Source: Candidatus Moraniibacteriota bacterium | Lineage (GTDB): Bacteria; Patescibacteriota; Minisyncoccia; Moranbacterales; GCA-2747515 | Length of the DNA stretch: 64,000 nt | Direction: 5' to 3' | Assembly (NCBI GenBank): GCA_040772365.1 | Contig: JAXGYI010000002.1 | Span: 2,762 to 66,761 of the forward strand | In this document: positions 49,622-60,129 of the stretch, piece after piece | Numbering within the stretch: position 1 is the first letter of the stretch | Layout: the number at the start of each line of letters is the position of its first letter | Notes under the pieces: model-generated | Told to the model about the DNA's origin: nothing | The model's database searches: none | The model's input: only the letters and a program-made list of their open reading frames with translations | Translations under genes and position numbers: made by a program

Positions 49622-51463
49622 ATGGCGATCATACAGATACTTTCACCAAAGCACCTGATTCCACTCATTCATGCAACGATCTGGCGTTTTCCCACTGGGG
49701 TTGCTGCGGCGCTTGTAGCAACAGTCTGTGGTGTAATGGCGGTAGATCATAAAGCAGATGCGGCAGAATTTTTTGGTGTTATAGGCATTGTGGCGGTTGG
49801 CGTGATGGTATGGAGTGTTGCGGTAACACTGAGCACGGAACGGCGTGGTATATGGTGGGTATGGGGCGCCTCTATTTTTGTTGTTGCGCTCGGAGCACTA
49901 TACTATAGCAATGTGCCGCATACAATAGGTGATTTTCTCATGCTGCATACTATGCGGACGGGTTTTGTGATTTTTTCTGGTGTTCTCTTTCTATGTGTTG
50001 CGCCATTTGTGGTGAGACGCGATGACCGTAGTTTTTGGTTTTTTGTGATGAGGATATGTGCGCGTTTCACGTTTGCTGTTGTGGTTGCGGCGACGTTCTA
50101 TGCGGGCATTGCGGCAGCACTGGCAAGTGTGCACTATCTCTTTGGTGTCTCGGTTGAGTGGGAGTGGTATGTGCGTGTGTGGATCGTGATGGCGGGATTT
50201 GTGGCGCCACTGATTTTTATGGCGGGTATTCCGCGTGCGGATGCACTGTACGATGTACAGATGCATACAGCGCCGCCGCGTGTCGTGCGAATTTTTGCGC
50301 AATACGTTCTTGTGCCGCTGTTGGCGCTCTACGCTGTTATTCTCTATGCCTATGGTACAAAAATTCTCTTGACACGCGTGTGGCCGCAGGGCGGTGTAGG
50401 ATACATGGTACTCATTTTTGCGAGCATGGGTCTTGTGACAACGCTGATGCTTGCTGTGGACCGTCATAATCGTCGCTGGATCCCCATCGTATCACGTGCA
50501 TTTTTTATTATTCTCCTACCAACACTAGTTCTTTTGGGTGGGGCGATTTATGTGCGTATTGCGGATTACGGGTGGACACCAAGTCGCTACATTGTTGTAC
50601 TGCTTGGTATATGGTTCTGCGGACTTTCTCTTTTTGCTATGATCCGCAAAAATACTGATTTGCGTATTCCATTCCTCACACTTATAGTCCTTGTCTTTGT
50701 GAGTCTCTACGGACCGTGGAGCATGTTTGCCGTATCGGTGCAATCACAAGTGGGGCGCCTGGCGGCACTCTTGGATCAAGAGGGTATTCGTATGCATGGC
50801 ACGATTGCAAAGTCAGAGGATGCACGAGAGCTATCCTATGGACAGTTCACTGCTATTCAGTCGCGTGTGCGACTACTTGCAGATCTAGACGCGCTTGATC
50901 GGATCACGCCGTGGTTTGCAGTGGATAATCAGCCGAAAGACCTATCAGAGCACGCGCGCAATAAACACACCACCTATGATCGTACGTCGCGTGTTCTTGA
51001 TGCTATGGGTGTTACGAGCACCTACTACAGCACGTCGAGATCATCAACGATCTATTATCATACAGAGAAACCGCCCCACAGTATTACAGTAACGGGATAT
51101 GACTACTACATTCCCCACATCTCTGTGCGCATAGGTGACAAGGATGACTATCTTGATGCCACTGATGAGCAGATGTATGCGTTTTCTGCTACAGAGGATG
51201 CCGTGCTTACTGTAGCAGGCACTGCGCACTCAGATTCTGCGCTAGCGACAACGCATACAGAATTACAGACAATCATTGCCGATGTTGCGCGTGCCTATGG
51301 AGAGGGCAGTGGCATACCGTCAGAGATTGATACTGTGCGCATTCATGGTGCTGAAGAAATTTTTGACTGCACAATTCAATCTATGGAAATCACGGATGTA
51401 GATACAACACCGCATCTTGCCGAACTATCTCTCAGTTGTCTCGTTGCGCGCTCTACACCATAA
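49622..51463 (+). CDS. hypothetical polytopic membrane protein with C-terminal soluble domain
   Basis: about 10 TM segments then about 230-aa hydrophilic tail. Confidence 0.4.
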   Translation: MAIIQILSPKHLIPLIHATIWRFPTGVAAALVATVCGVMAVDHKADAAEFFGVIGIVAVGVMVWSVAVTLSTERRGIWWVWGASIFVVALGALYYSNVPHTIGDFLMLHTMRTGFVIFSGVLFLCVAPFVVRRDDRSFWFFVMRICARFTFAVVVAATFYAGIAAALASVHYLFGVSVEWEWYVRVWIVMAGFVAPLIFMAGIPRADALYDVQMHTAPPRVVRIFAQYVLVPLLALYAVILYAYGTKILLTRVWPQGGVGYMVLIFASMGLVTTLMLAVDRHNRRWIPIVSRAFFIILLPTLVLLGGAIYVRIADYGWTPSRYIVVLLGIWFCGLSLFAMIRKNTDLRIPFLTLIVLVFVSLYGPWSMFAVSVQSQVGRLAALLDQEGIRMHGTIAKSEDARELSYGQFTAIQSRVRLLADLDALDRITPWFAVDNQPKDLSEHARNKHTTYDRTSRVLDAMGVTSTYYSTSRSSTIYYHTEKPPHSITVTGYDYYIPHISVRIGDKDDYLDATDEQMYAFSATEDAVLTVAGTAHSDSALATTHTELQTIIADVARAYGEGSGIPSEIDTVRIHGAEEIFDCTIQSMEITDVDTTPHLAELSLSCLVARSTP

Positions 51464-51560
51464 CGTATATCGTTTTGCAGAGACGATCCGATGTGATCGT
51501 AGGACAGTATAAAAGTTCTTTACTTTTTATAGTGCACTTGTTATGATGGCGACGTATCTG

Positions 51561-51631
51561 CGGGATGTCGTATACCGGTAGTACGCATGATTCGGGTTCA
51601 TGTAGACCGAGTTCGATTCTCGGCGTCCCGA
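51561..51631 (+). tRNA. tRNA-Pro (anticodon CGG), CCA not encoded
   Basis: acceptor cgggatg/cgtcccg, U8, anticodon arm catga-ttCGGgt-tcatg, T-arm ccgag-ttcgatt-ctcgg. Confidence 0.8.
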
Positions 51632-51652
51632 CAGGCAGTGCTATGTATTTTT

Positions 51653-51723
51653 CGGGGTGTCGTATAGTGGTAGTACGCAAGCATGGGGTGCTTGTAGCCG
51701 CGGTTCGATTCCGCGCACTCCGA
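51653..51723 (+). tRNA. tRNA-Pro (anticodon GGG), CCA not encoded
   Basis: acceptor cggggtg/cactccg, anticodon arm caagc-atGGGgt-gcttg, T-arm cgcgg-ttcgatt-ccgcg. Confidence 0.8.
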
Positions 51724-51742
51724 CATGAGAGTCACAGACTTT

Positions 51743-53710
51743 TTAAATTGTCTGCACGGGATCAATGTCAATGGTCCACGGCATATTTTTTGTGGCAAGA
51801 TATGCGCGTAGTGCGGCGGAATGTGTGTGAGCAGTATTTTTGATAATGATCTGCATGCGGTGCTTACCACGCTGCTGCGCAATCAGTGGTACGTGCGGTT
51901 CGGAAATTCGTAGCGATGGTTCCGTGGCGGCAATAGCAATGAGATCAGCATAGGTAGCGGCAGTTGTTGCGCGCACATTACCGGGATCAGCATGGCGGTA
52001 GAGCATGCGAATCAATGATGCTGCTGGGGGAAATGCCAGTACCGTACGGACATCAGTTTCTGCTGCAATAAATCCATCAACATCAAAGGCGCAGGCCTGT
52101 GTAAGAACCCGGTTTTCCGGTTGAAATGTTTGGATGAGGAGTGTGCCACTGTGTGCACGTAGCGCCATTTGTAGTATAAATGCAAATGCTTTCTCATTGA
52201 CGTCGTAGGAAGGGAAACTCAAGAGATTATCCATATCGATGATGACACTTAATCCGATGGATGCGGTGCTCCATCCCTTTGTAATCATCTGCGTACCGAT
52301 GAGGATGTCAATTTCTCCGTCTGTAAAATCGCGGTAGAGTTTTTCATAAGCACCACTTTTTTTCATTGTGGTGGCATCGGCAACGGCATAACGTGCTGTG
52401 GGAAAAATTTTTGCCAATGCGCGACGAATGCGTGCTGTGCCAATACCGACATGTGTCCATGGCTTATGACAGTGATGGCATGTATGTGCAACACTTTGCA
52501 CACGACACTGTGGACAAAAAAATAATGTGGGTGTCAGTGTCATCAGTGTGCGCGCACATGTTGGGCAATGTGCCACACGTCGACATGCACTGCACACAGC
52601 AAATGCACTCTCACCTTGCCGATTGACAAAAATCAGGACTTTTTTCTTAGCAGTCAGCATGGTTCCAATCTGTGTCACGAGTGTGCGCGAGAGGGGAGAG
52701 GTATTTTTATCCCATCGCTCTTTTTTCATATCGACAACAATGATCCGCGGTGGTGAGGGCTGTGGGAGTGTAAGAGTGTGGACAGTGGTATCGGCGTGGT
52801 CGATGATACGTGGTGTAGCGGATGTAAAAATCAGCGTGGCTCCACAGTGTAGTGCAAGGTGACGCACAACGGTACGCGCATCAAAAAGTGGATAGTGTTC
52901 CCACTGCTTGTGAGAGTTGTCGTGCGCTTCATCAACAATGATCATTGCAAGCGTGTGAAATGGCAGGAAGATTGCACGGCGTGTGCCAATGACAATGCGA
53001 ATGGTATGATCACGAACGCCTTCCCAGATACGATCAGAGGCGCCTTTACTAAGCTTGCCATGCACCACGGCAATGGCCGTTTGTGGAAAAAAACGAGAGA
53101 AGAACGCTTCAATTGCCGGTACATGCATCAGTTCTGGAACAAGATAGAGTGCTTGACCATGTGACTGTGTGAAGAGGCGCTGTAGTACGTGGATGAGGAT
53201 AGACATTTTATCTGTTTGCGCATAGGCGTGGAGGAAGAAGTGCCGTGCTGTTGGCGTGGCGGATGTGATTGTTGCAGCACACGCTTTTTGCGCGGGCGTG
53301 AGACGTACAGAACCTGGACGATGTGCTGTGTCTGGTGATGGTGGTACTGTTCGCCACCGCACGCGATGAGGGATGTAGTGCGGTAGAACGATGCCAAGGG
53401 GGCAGAGGTAGTATGTGGAGATGAACTGTGCCATGGTAATCTGTGCGGCAGTCAGGCACGGCTCTTTCAGAACGCGTCGTATCGGTTTCACAGTGAATTT
53501 TTTCGTAGATGCTGTGGATACGTGCGTGGCGTCAGTGCAAGAAAGGACGATGCCGTGTACGATGCGCTTCCCAACAGGAATACTCACAAGTGCTCCAGTA
53601 GCAATGGCACGCCGTGCCGTATAAGAAAATGCCTGATCGCGCGTCAGGGCAATGCGGATAAGTGGTGCAACAGTAAGGATGTACGAGTGCGGTGTCAATG
53701 GCGTGCGCAT
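51743..53710 (-). CDS. priA: primosomal protein N' (replication restart helicase PriA)
   Basis: Cys4-Cys4 zinc cluster CSACRRVAHCPTC...CPQC...CHHCH; DEAD-box IIVDEAHD; PriA C-terminal domain. Confidence 0.85.
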   Translation of the reverse strand: MRTPLTPHSYILTVAPLIRIALTRDQAFSYTARRAIATGALVSIPVGKRIVHGIVLSCTDATHVSTASTKKFTVKPIRRVLKEPCLTAAQITMAQFISTYYLCPLGIVLPHYIPHRVRWRTVPPSPDTAHRPGSVRLTPAQKACAATITSATPTARHFFLHAYAQTDKMSILIHVLQRLFTQSHGQALYLVPELMHVPAIEAFFSRFFPQTAIAVVHGKLSKGASDRIWEGVRDHTIRIVIGTRRAIFLPFHTLAMIIVDEAHDNSHKQWEHYPLFDARTVVRHLALHCGATLIFTSATPRIIDHADTTVHTLTLPQPSPPRIIVVDMKKERWDKNTSPLSRTLVTQIGTMLTAKKKVLIFVNRQGESAFAVCSACRRVAHCPTCARTLMTLTPTLFFCPQCRVQSVAHTCHHCHKPWTHVGIGTARIRRALAKIFPTARYAVADATTMKKSGAYEKLYRDFTDGEIDILIGTQMITKGWSTASIGLSVIIDMDNLLSFPSYDVNEKAFAFILQMALRAHSGTLLIQTFQPENRVLTQACAFDVDGFIAAETDVRTVLAFPPAASLIRMLYRHADPGNVRATTAATYADLIAIAATEPSLRISEPHVPLIAQQRGKHRMQIIIKNTAHTHSAALRAYLATKNMPWTIDIDPVQTI

Positions 53711-53798
53711 AGTGTTTTCTTGAAAAAATACCTTGTGACTGTTATGATGCACAGAGAGAATGTCTCCCATCTCTATCTATCATACTACGATATCTCTT

Positions 53799-54362
53799 AT
53801 GGAACGCAAGAACATCACCATTGGCATTGACGTGGAGCCCCATATCAAGAAAAAAATTGCATCTGTCACAGCGCAGTGGAAAGACGCGCCGATTAAGTGG
53901 CATCCCGTGGATGGGCTGCATGTGGTGCTGGCGCACATCGGATGGGTAAATGAGGATGATCTATCCACAATCCTTGCCGCCGTGACTGATGTGGCGCAGC
54001 AAACAGTAATGTTTGATGTACGCTTCACACGTATTGCTGCTACACATAAAAATCCGCATATCACAGATCCTGCACAGTACAACATCGTGCGTTTAGAAGG
54101 TGACGTGAGTGAGTCTTTACGCATTCTCCATGCGCGACTGCACGATGCACTGCACATTACCATAAAACCAAAAAAACATTTTCGTCCCTATGTGACAATT
54201 GGACAGATGCGTGTGACGCAATGGCAGTTGGCAGAGCAACGTCCCATCATTGATCTGCCAGTGGATCTTGTGATGGATGTGGTACAGATAAGTGTTTTGG
54301 ACCACGTGGAGCATAATGGTGTGTGGACGTTTGCGCCATATGACTGTGTGTCGCTGATCTAA
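53799..54362 (+). CDS. 2H-phosphoesterase-like protein (LigT/ThpR-like), tentative
   Basis: two H-x-[TV]-x-like segments (LHVVLAH; PYVTIGQ) and matching size; weak. Confidence 0.3.
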   Translation: MERKNITIGIDVEPHIKKKIASVTAQWKDAPIKWHPVDGLHVVLAHIGWVNEDDLSTILAAVTDVAQQTVMFDVRFTRIAATHKNPHITDPAQYNIVRLEGDVSESLRILHARLHDALHITIKPKKHFRPYVTIGQMRVTQWQLAEQRPIIDLPVDLVMDVVQISVLDHVEHNGVWTFAPYDCVSLI

Positions 54363-54370
54363 TTTGTAGT

Positions 54371-55186
54371 GTGCAGGACGACATGATAGATCGTGGAGAG
54401 CATGGAAAGACGTACTCACTCTGTGGCATCGCCGTGGCGCCGCTGGCAACACGTCATGACGCTATGGAACGTGTACGACAGCATCTCCGTAGCGGTTACG
54501 GTGTACTGCACATTGTGACGGTAAATCCGGAGATTCTTTTACGTACACATCGCGATGCACATTATCGCGCAACAGTTGCTGCGGCACAGATGCGCACGAT
54601 TGATGGTTTTGGCGTTATTATGGCACTGTGGTGGCGTTATCGCATACGGGCACAACGTGTTACTGGTGTAGATCTTCTGTCCTCTATATGCAGCATGGCC
54701 GCGCAGAACAATTTTCGGGTACACTGTGCCGTGCGATCAGATGGGCTGTCACCTGCTACGCTAGTTGAAGAGGTACTCCGTACACGCTATCCCGGTCTTG
54801 TCATTACAGCACATGCATATACTGTTGCAGAAAAGCATGGTGGTATAGTGTGTGACCTTGCGCCTGATGTCTCTAGTGCAGATATCGTGCTCTGTGGATT
54901 TGGGGCGCCTGCACAAGAATACTTTCTTCAATCTCTCAGTCGTGCAGGTCGGAGACATGTAGCAATTGGTGTTGGCGGCGCATTTGATTTTTTGACGGGC
55001 ACGGTGTGTCGTGCTCCGCATGTGATGCGTCGCTACGGCATTGAATGGCTGTGGCGGGTGGCGGTGCAACCTCTCCGGATAGTGCGGATTGTGCGTGCTA
55101 CCATCATCTTTCCGTGCGTTATTCTTTTTCGTAGGGATGCGAGAGATGTTGTAGTGATTGGGCAAAAGAGGAAACCTAGTGTATGA
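54371..55186 (+). CDS. WecB/TagA/CpsF family glycosyltransferase (GT26)
   Basis: LCGFGAPAQE...GVGGAFDFLTG...RAP..MRRYGIEWLWRV signature. Confidence 0.7.
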   Translation: MQDDMIDRGEHGKTYSLCGIAVAPLATRHDAMERVRQHLRSGYGVLHIVTVNPEILLRTHRDAHYRATVAAAQMRTIDGFGVIMALWWRYRIRAQRVTGVDLLSSICSMAAQNNFRVHCAVRSDGLSPATLVEEVLRTRYPGLVITAHAYTVAEKHGGIVCDLAPDVSSADIVLCGFGAPAQEYFLQSLSRAGRRHVAIGVGGAFDFLTGTVCRAPHVMRRYGIEWLWRVAVQPLRIVRIVRATIIFPCVILFRRDARDVVVIGQKRKPSV

Positions 55187-55764
55187 TAAATCCGTTGTTT
55201 AAGAATAGCTCTATGACGACAGCAAGAGGTTTTTCTAAAATCATCATTCTCCTCCTCCTTTTTTTTATTAGTGCCTATATCGCTATGGCGTATTTTCAGG
55301 TGACACCACACAGTGTACGTGATGCCATACGTACGACAGGTCGTTCGCTCATTGGTGATGCACGGGATGCTGCTGTAGATCGGGCGGTAGAGGAGGGGCG
55401 CCAGGCTGTGGGAGAGAAACTGAAAAGCACAGGAGAGAAAATTCTTGGCACAGATGCACCGCCGGGGCAGTTTACCTCATATACTACAGATCTCGTAGGT
55501 GTGCAGCCATACACGATCATCTTTTTTACGGGTACATCGTGCACAGTGTGTGCTGCGGTGCACGCGCATATCAACAGTCATCGCGATGCCATTCCTCACG
55601 ATGTGATGATTTTGGAAGCCTCCTACGATGATGATGCGCTCCGTCAAGAATTTGCCGTACATGAGCCAGCAACATTTATCCTTGTGGATCACGCTGGATC
55701 GGAAATGAAGCGCTGGACCAATACACACACACTAGACGCCGTGCTCTCCGAAGTGCCGCGCTAG
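55183..55764 (+). CDS. membrane-anchored thioredoxin-like protein (CxxC)
   Basis: N-terminal TM; FFTGTSCTVCAAV CxxC motif. Confidence 0.35.
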   Translation: MINPLFKNSSMTTARGFSKIIILLLLFFISAYIAMAYFQVTPHSVRDAIRTTGRSLIGDARDAAVDRAVEEGRQAVGEKLKSTGEKILGTDAPPGQFTSYTTDLVGVQPYTIIFFTGTSCTVCAAVHAHINSHRDAIPHDVMILEASYDDDALRQEFAVHEPATFILVDHAGSEMKRWTNTHTLDAVLSEVPR

Positions 55765-55802
55765 GTGATTGACGTGTTTATTTCTAAGTACTCATTCTAC
55801 GT

Positions 55803-56954
55803 ATGAAGAATCTTTATGCCGATTCCATTGCACTCCATGCCGCACATCACGGTAAGATTGCCACAGCAACAACCGTGCCATTAGAAAAAAAAGATGATCT
55901 CGCCATAGCATATTCACCTGGCGTCGCTGCAGTATGTCAGGCAATTGCCGCACGACCAGCTGATGCGCGCACACTGACAATTAAACACAACACGATTGCC
56001 ATTATTTCTGATGGGAGCGCAATTCTAGGTCTGGGGAATCTTGGCGCCGCACCAGCTATCCCTGTGATGGAGGGTAAGGCAGCGCTTTTTAAGCGCTTTG
56101 GCGACGTAGATGCTTTTCCGATTTGCTTAGATACACAGGACCCAGAAGAAATTATTGAAACAGTCCATCGTATTGCACCAGTTTTTGGAGGTATTAATTT
56201 AGAAGATATTAGTGCACCGCGTTGCTTTGGTATTGAGCAGCGCCTACGTGCAGAGCTTGATATTCCTGTCATGCATGATGATCAGCACGGTACGGCAACG
56301 GTTGTACTTGCTGGATTGATGAATGCGCTAAAAATTCGCGGAGGTACACCGGACACACTACGCATTGTGATCAGCGGCGTTGGTGCTGCAGGCATTGCCA
56401 TTGCGAACATCATGGAAGCATGGGGCGTGCGTGACATTGTGCTATGTGATAGCAAGGGTGTGATCTCACAGCAGCGTACAGATTTAACAGACATCAAGAA
56501 GATGATGTGCGCCAAGACTAATCCACGTGGCATTGTCGGCACATGTGCCGACGCCCTTGTTGGTGCAGATGTTTTTATCGGCGTTTCCGTTGCGGGTGCA
56601 CTAACACCTGCACACATTGCAACCATGGCAAAGGATCCGATTATTTTTGCCCTGGCTAATCCTGAACCAGAAATTATGCCAGATGCAGCTCGGAAAGCAG
56701 GTGCGCGAATCATTGCAACAGGACGTAGCGATTTTCCGAACCAGGTGAATAACGTCCTTGCGTTCCCTGGACTTTTTCGAGGTGCACTAGATCACAACAT
56801 CGGACAATTTACACCGGAGATTTTTATGTGTGCGGCACAGGCGATTGCAGGGCACGTTGCAGAACCAACGGCTGAGGAAATCATTCCAGACCCGTTTACA
56901 CCGCATATGGCACATACCATTGCTGATGCTATCGGCAATTACGTACGGAAGTAA
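55803..56954 (+). CDS. NAD(P)-dependent malic enzyme
   Basis: AYSPGVA, GLGNLG dinucleotide motif, malic enzyme N-terminal and NAD domains, 383 aa. Confidence 0.8.
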   Translation: MKNLYADSIALHAAHHGKIATATTVPLEKKDDLAIAYSPGVAAVCQAIAARPADARTLTIKHNTIAIISDGSAILGLGNLGAAPAIPVMEGKAALFKRFGDVDAFPICLDTQDPEEIIETVHRIAPVFGGINLEDISAPRCFGIEQRLRAELDIPVMHDDQHGTATVVLAGLMNALKIRGGTPDTLRIVISGVGAAGIAIANIMEAWGVRDIVLCDSKGVISQQRTDLTDIKKMMCAKTNPRGIVGTCADALVGADVFIGVSVAGALTPAHIATMAKDPIIFALANPEPEIMPDAARKAGARIIATGRSDFPNQVNNVLAFPGLFRGALDHNIGQFTPEIFMCAAQAIAGHVAEPTAEEIIPDPFTPHMAHTIADAIGNYVRK

Positions 56955-57053
56955 CATGTTTTCAAAGCCTGTAGTGGACAGGTGGCACGTGTTGTGCTAT
57001 AGTAGTGGTTGGCGCAGTTATGTGTGCTGTCGTTTTATTGTAGAGATATTCTT

Positions 57054-58061
57054 ATGAAGAAAAAAATTATCAAGTGGCTGATATGGGGGATTCTTGCAGC
57101 GCTGATTGTGTTTTTTGTATGGCAGCGCTTTGCAGGACGGAGCGACAAAAACGCCCCCGAAGCATACCATGTGGGAAGAGGATCTGTCATAGAAACCGTG
57201 AGTGAGAGCGGCATACTGCAACCAGTGGAATATGTGAATCTCTCTTTTGAAATGCCCACCGTTTTGGAGTGGGTGGGTGTTGATGTTGGCGATCATGTCA
57301 CACAAGGACAGATCCTTGCTCGTGTAGATCGCGATCAGCTTGCTGCGCAAATTGCAAGTGCGCGTATCGGTGTGGAACAGGCCATTGAGGCGGAAAAACT
57401 TGCACGACGCAAGTGGGATCTTATGAAACCGGAGCAGCGTGAAAATGTGAAAAAGGATACTGCACAGGCCCGTACGCAGCTTGCCATTGCTCAGGCTGGG
57501 TGGCGTAAAACACAGCTGATTGCACCGATCAGTGGTGTTGTAACAGCGCAGAACGCTCGTGTGGGTGAGATTATGACGGGCACAGCACTACGCATCATTA
57601 ATCCTGACACAATGCGTGTAGAAGTGCTGATATCGGAGACGGATGTACCAAAATTATCTGTGGGACAGCAGGCAGAGCTAACATTTGATGCAATTGGAGA
57701 TACGACTTTTGACGCACATATCACACGTATTGACCCTGAAGCTACGATTGTGCAGGATGTTACCTACTACAAAGCGATTCTGCATCTTGCCCGCTACGAC
57801 GATCGGATGCGTCCAGGGATGAGTGTGGATGTGGATTTTATCGTATCGCAGCAACATGATGTTGTGACGGTGCCATTGCGTTTCGTGCGAGCAGATGATA
57901 CGGGAAATTTTGTATATGTACGCAATGCAGATGATGCAACATTTGACAAACGTTATATAGAACTGGGATCTGAGGGTGATAGCGGCAATGTGCATATTCG
58001 ATCCGGCCTGCAGGATGGTGAAGAAATTTTTGCAATCTATGACAAAGACACAACAAAGTAA
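57054..58061 (+). CDS. HlyD-family periplasmic adaptor (MacA-like)
   Basis: N-terminal TM, coiled-coil hairpin, lipoyl/beta-barrel domains. Confidence 0.7.
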   Translation: MKKKIIKWLIWGILAALIVFFVWQRFAGRSDKNAPEAYHVGRGSVIETVSESGILQPVEYVNLSFEMPTVLEWVGVDVGDHVTQGQILARVDRDQLAAQIASARIGVEQAIEAEKLARRKWDLMKPEQRENVKKDTAQARTQLAIAQAGWRKTQLIAPISGVVTAQNARVGEIMTGTALRIINPDTMRVEVLISETDVPKLSVGQQAELTFDAIGDTTFDAHITRIDPEATIVQDVTYYKAILHLARYDDRMRPGMSVDVDFIVSQQHDVVTVPLRFVRADDTGNFVYVRNADDATFDKRYIELGSEGDSGNVHIRSGLQDGEEIFAIYDKDTTK

Positions 58062-58842
58062 TAACGCAGATACCCTCGTTGTTTCCTGTAAGGACATTAC
58101 GAAGGAATATCTTATGGGCGAAACGATAACGACAGCACTTCGCGGTATCACGTGTGATATTGCGCGTGGGGAGTTCGTGTCCATTATGGGACCAAGTGGA
58201 TCAGGGAAGTCCACGCTCATGCACGTCTTGAGTCTCTTGGAGCCACCAACGAGTGGCACGTATTTTTTTTCTGGCGATGACGCGTTGGCTTTTGATGATG
58301 CTACCGTTGCGCGTCTCCGCAATCAAAAAATCGGATTCGTTTTTCAGTCCTTCAACCTCCTTGCTGGTGTTAGCGTCTATGAGAATGTTGAGCTACCGAT
58401 GTTGTATAACTTTTACTCTAAGACACACAGCGACCTACGTAGTATTATGCGAACACTGTTCCAGCGACGTCGTACGACAGAAAATGATCGCGTCATGCAG
58501 GTGTTGGATAGTGTAGGCATGCTGCACCGTGTCAATCACATGCCGCACCAATTATCTGGTGGTGAAAAGCAACGTGTCGCTATTGCACGTGCACTCATTA
58601 ACGATCCCGATGTGCTTTTTGCTGATGAGCCAACGGGGAATCTCGACTCCCGTGCGGGCACGCAGGTGTTAAAAATTCTTCAGGATTTAAATGCGACGGG
58701 ACATACGATCATTCTCGTCACACATGAACGTGCGACTGCTGAGCATGCAAAACGCGTCTTGACGATTATTGACGGTGTTGTGACCAGTGATGCGCACGTG
58801 ACGGAACGACGCTATGCAATGGCAGAAGAACTGACGAAGTAA
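58039..58842 (+). CDS. ABC transporter ATP-binding protein (MacB/LolD-like)
   Basis: Walker [10 protein letters not shown], signature [15 protein letters not shown], Walker [13 protein letters not shown]. Confidence 0.85.
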   Translation: MTKTQQSNNADTLVVSCKDITKEYLMGETITTALRGITCDIARGEFVSIMGPSGSGKSTLMHVLSLLEPPTSGTYFFSGDDALAFDDATVARLRNQKIGFVFQSFNLLAGVSVYENVELPMLYNFYSKTHSDLRSIMRTLFQRRRTTENDRVMQVLDSVGMLHRVNHMPHQLSGGEKQRVAIARALINDPDVLFADEPTGNLDSRAGTQVLKILQDLNATGHTIILVTHERATAEHAKRVLTIIDGVVTSDAHVTERRYAMAEELTK

Positions 58843-58873
58843 GATGCATTCACGATACTAACCGTACGATACT

Positions 58874-60121
58874 ATGATGCGACAACTACTCTTATCATTG
58901 CGTATCACGTGGCAAAATTTTCTTGTGGCGAAAATGCGCATGTCACTGACAGTGCTTGGCATTATTGTTGGCATTGCAGCTGTGATGATCGTGATGAGTG
59001 TCGGTGCAAGTGCGCAAAATGTGATCCTAGATCAAATTCGTTCTATTGGTGCAAATCTTATAGGTATTTTACCAGGGTATTCTGAAGATGATGGTCCACC
59101 CGCCAGCGCCTATGGCGCTGTCATCACGACACTCACCACTGATGACCTAGAAGCAATTCGTGAGAAGAATAATGTGCCGGGTATTACTGCAGCGGCGGGC
59201 TACGTAACAGGGAACGGTGTGGTAAAATACAAGTCCTATGCAAAGTCACACACCTATCAGGGTGTCTCTGCAGAAGTGCAGCAGGTGGAGAATATGTCGC
59301 TTGCGTCAGGTCGATTTTTTACCATACAGGAAAATGATGCACGCGCTCGCGTTGCTGTCATCGGTGCAACGGTGGCACGCAACATTTTTGATCGCAGTGA
59401 CCCGCTGGGGAAGACCATTGCGCTTGGTGATAAGAATTTTCGTGTAGTTGGCGTGTTAAAACCAAAGGGCGCATCCATGCTATCAAACTTTGATGATACG
59501 GTCTACGTGCCACTTACAACGGCACAGAAAGATCTCCTAGGTATCTCCTATGTCAATTTTATCCGCATGCGTGCTATTGATGAGCATCACATTACACAGG
59601 TGGAGCACGATGTGGATATTTTACTGCGGTCACGTCATCATATCAAAGATGGGGAAGATGGTGATTTTAGCATCCGTGCCGCTGCATCAGCACTGGATAT
59701 GGTTACCAACATCACCAACATTATGAAATACTTCCTCATTGCTGTTGCCGGCGTCTCACTCGTGGTTGGTGGTATCGGGGTGATGAATATCATGTTCATT
59801 GCACTGTCACAGCGCATGCGTGAAATTGGTCTCCGTAAGGCACTCGGTGCTCGGCGTAAAGACATCATTGTGCAATTTCTGTTTGAAGCAACAATTATTG
59901 CGATTGCCGGAGGCGTGCTCGGGTTTCTTTGTGGATTGGGCGTGATCTACGGTGTTGCTGCAATTGCCTATGCCAAGGCATTCACATGGCATGCGGTGGT
60001 AACAGGTCCAATGGTGCTGATTGCATTAGCTATTGCTGTGGTCTTGGGTCTCTTATTTGGTATTTATCCAGCGCTACGTGCAGCGCGAGTCAGTCCAATG
60101 GAGGCACTGCGTTACGAATAA
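58874..60121 (+). CDS. ABC transporter permease, FtsX/MacB-type (4 TM + periplasmic domain)
   Basis: MacB_PCD-like periplasmic domain plus C-terminal FtsX TM bundle. Confidence 0.75.
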   Translation: MMRQLLLSLRITWQNFLVAKMRMSLTVLGIIVGIAAVMIVMSVGASAQNVILDQIRSIGANLIGILPGYSEDDGPPASAYGAVITTLTTDDLEAIREKNNVPGITAAAGYVTGNGVVKYKSYAKSHTYQGVSAEVQQVENMSLASGRFFTIQENDARARVAVIGATVARNIFDRSDPLGKTIALGDKNFRVVGVLKPKGASMLSNFDDTVYVPLTTAQKDLLGISYVNFIRMRAIDEHHITQVEHDVDILLRSRHHIKDGEDGDFSIRAAASALDMVTNITNIMKYFLIAVAGVSLVVGGIGVMNIMFIALSQRMREIGLRKALGARRKDIIVQFLFEATIIAIAGGVLGFLCGLGVIYGVAAIAYAKAFTWHAVVTGPMVLIALAIAVVLGLLFGIYPALRAARVSPMEALRYE

Positions 60122-60129
60122 TCTACTCT

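Noticed and set aside
52012-53624. Small ORFs on both strands inside priA (e.g. 52366-52626, 52527-52862, 53128-53397)
   Set aside because: They are embedded in or antisense to the well-supported PriA frame.
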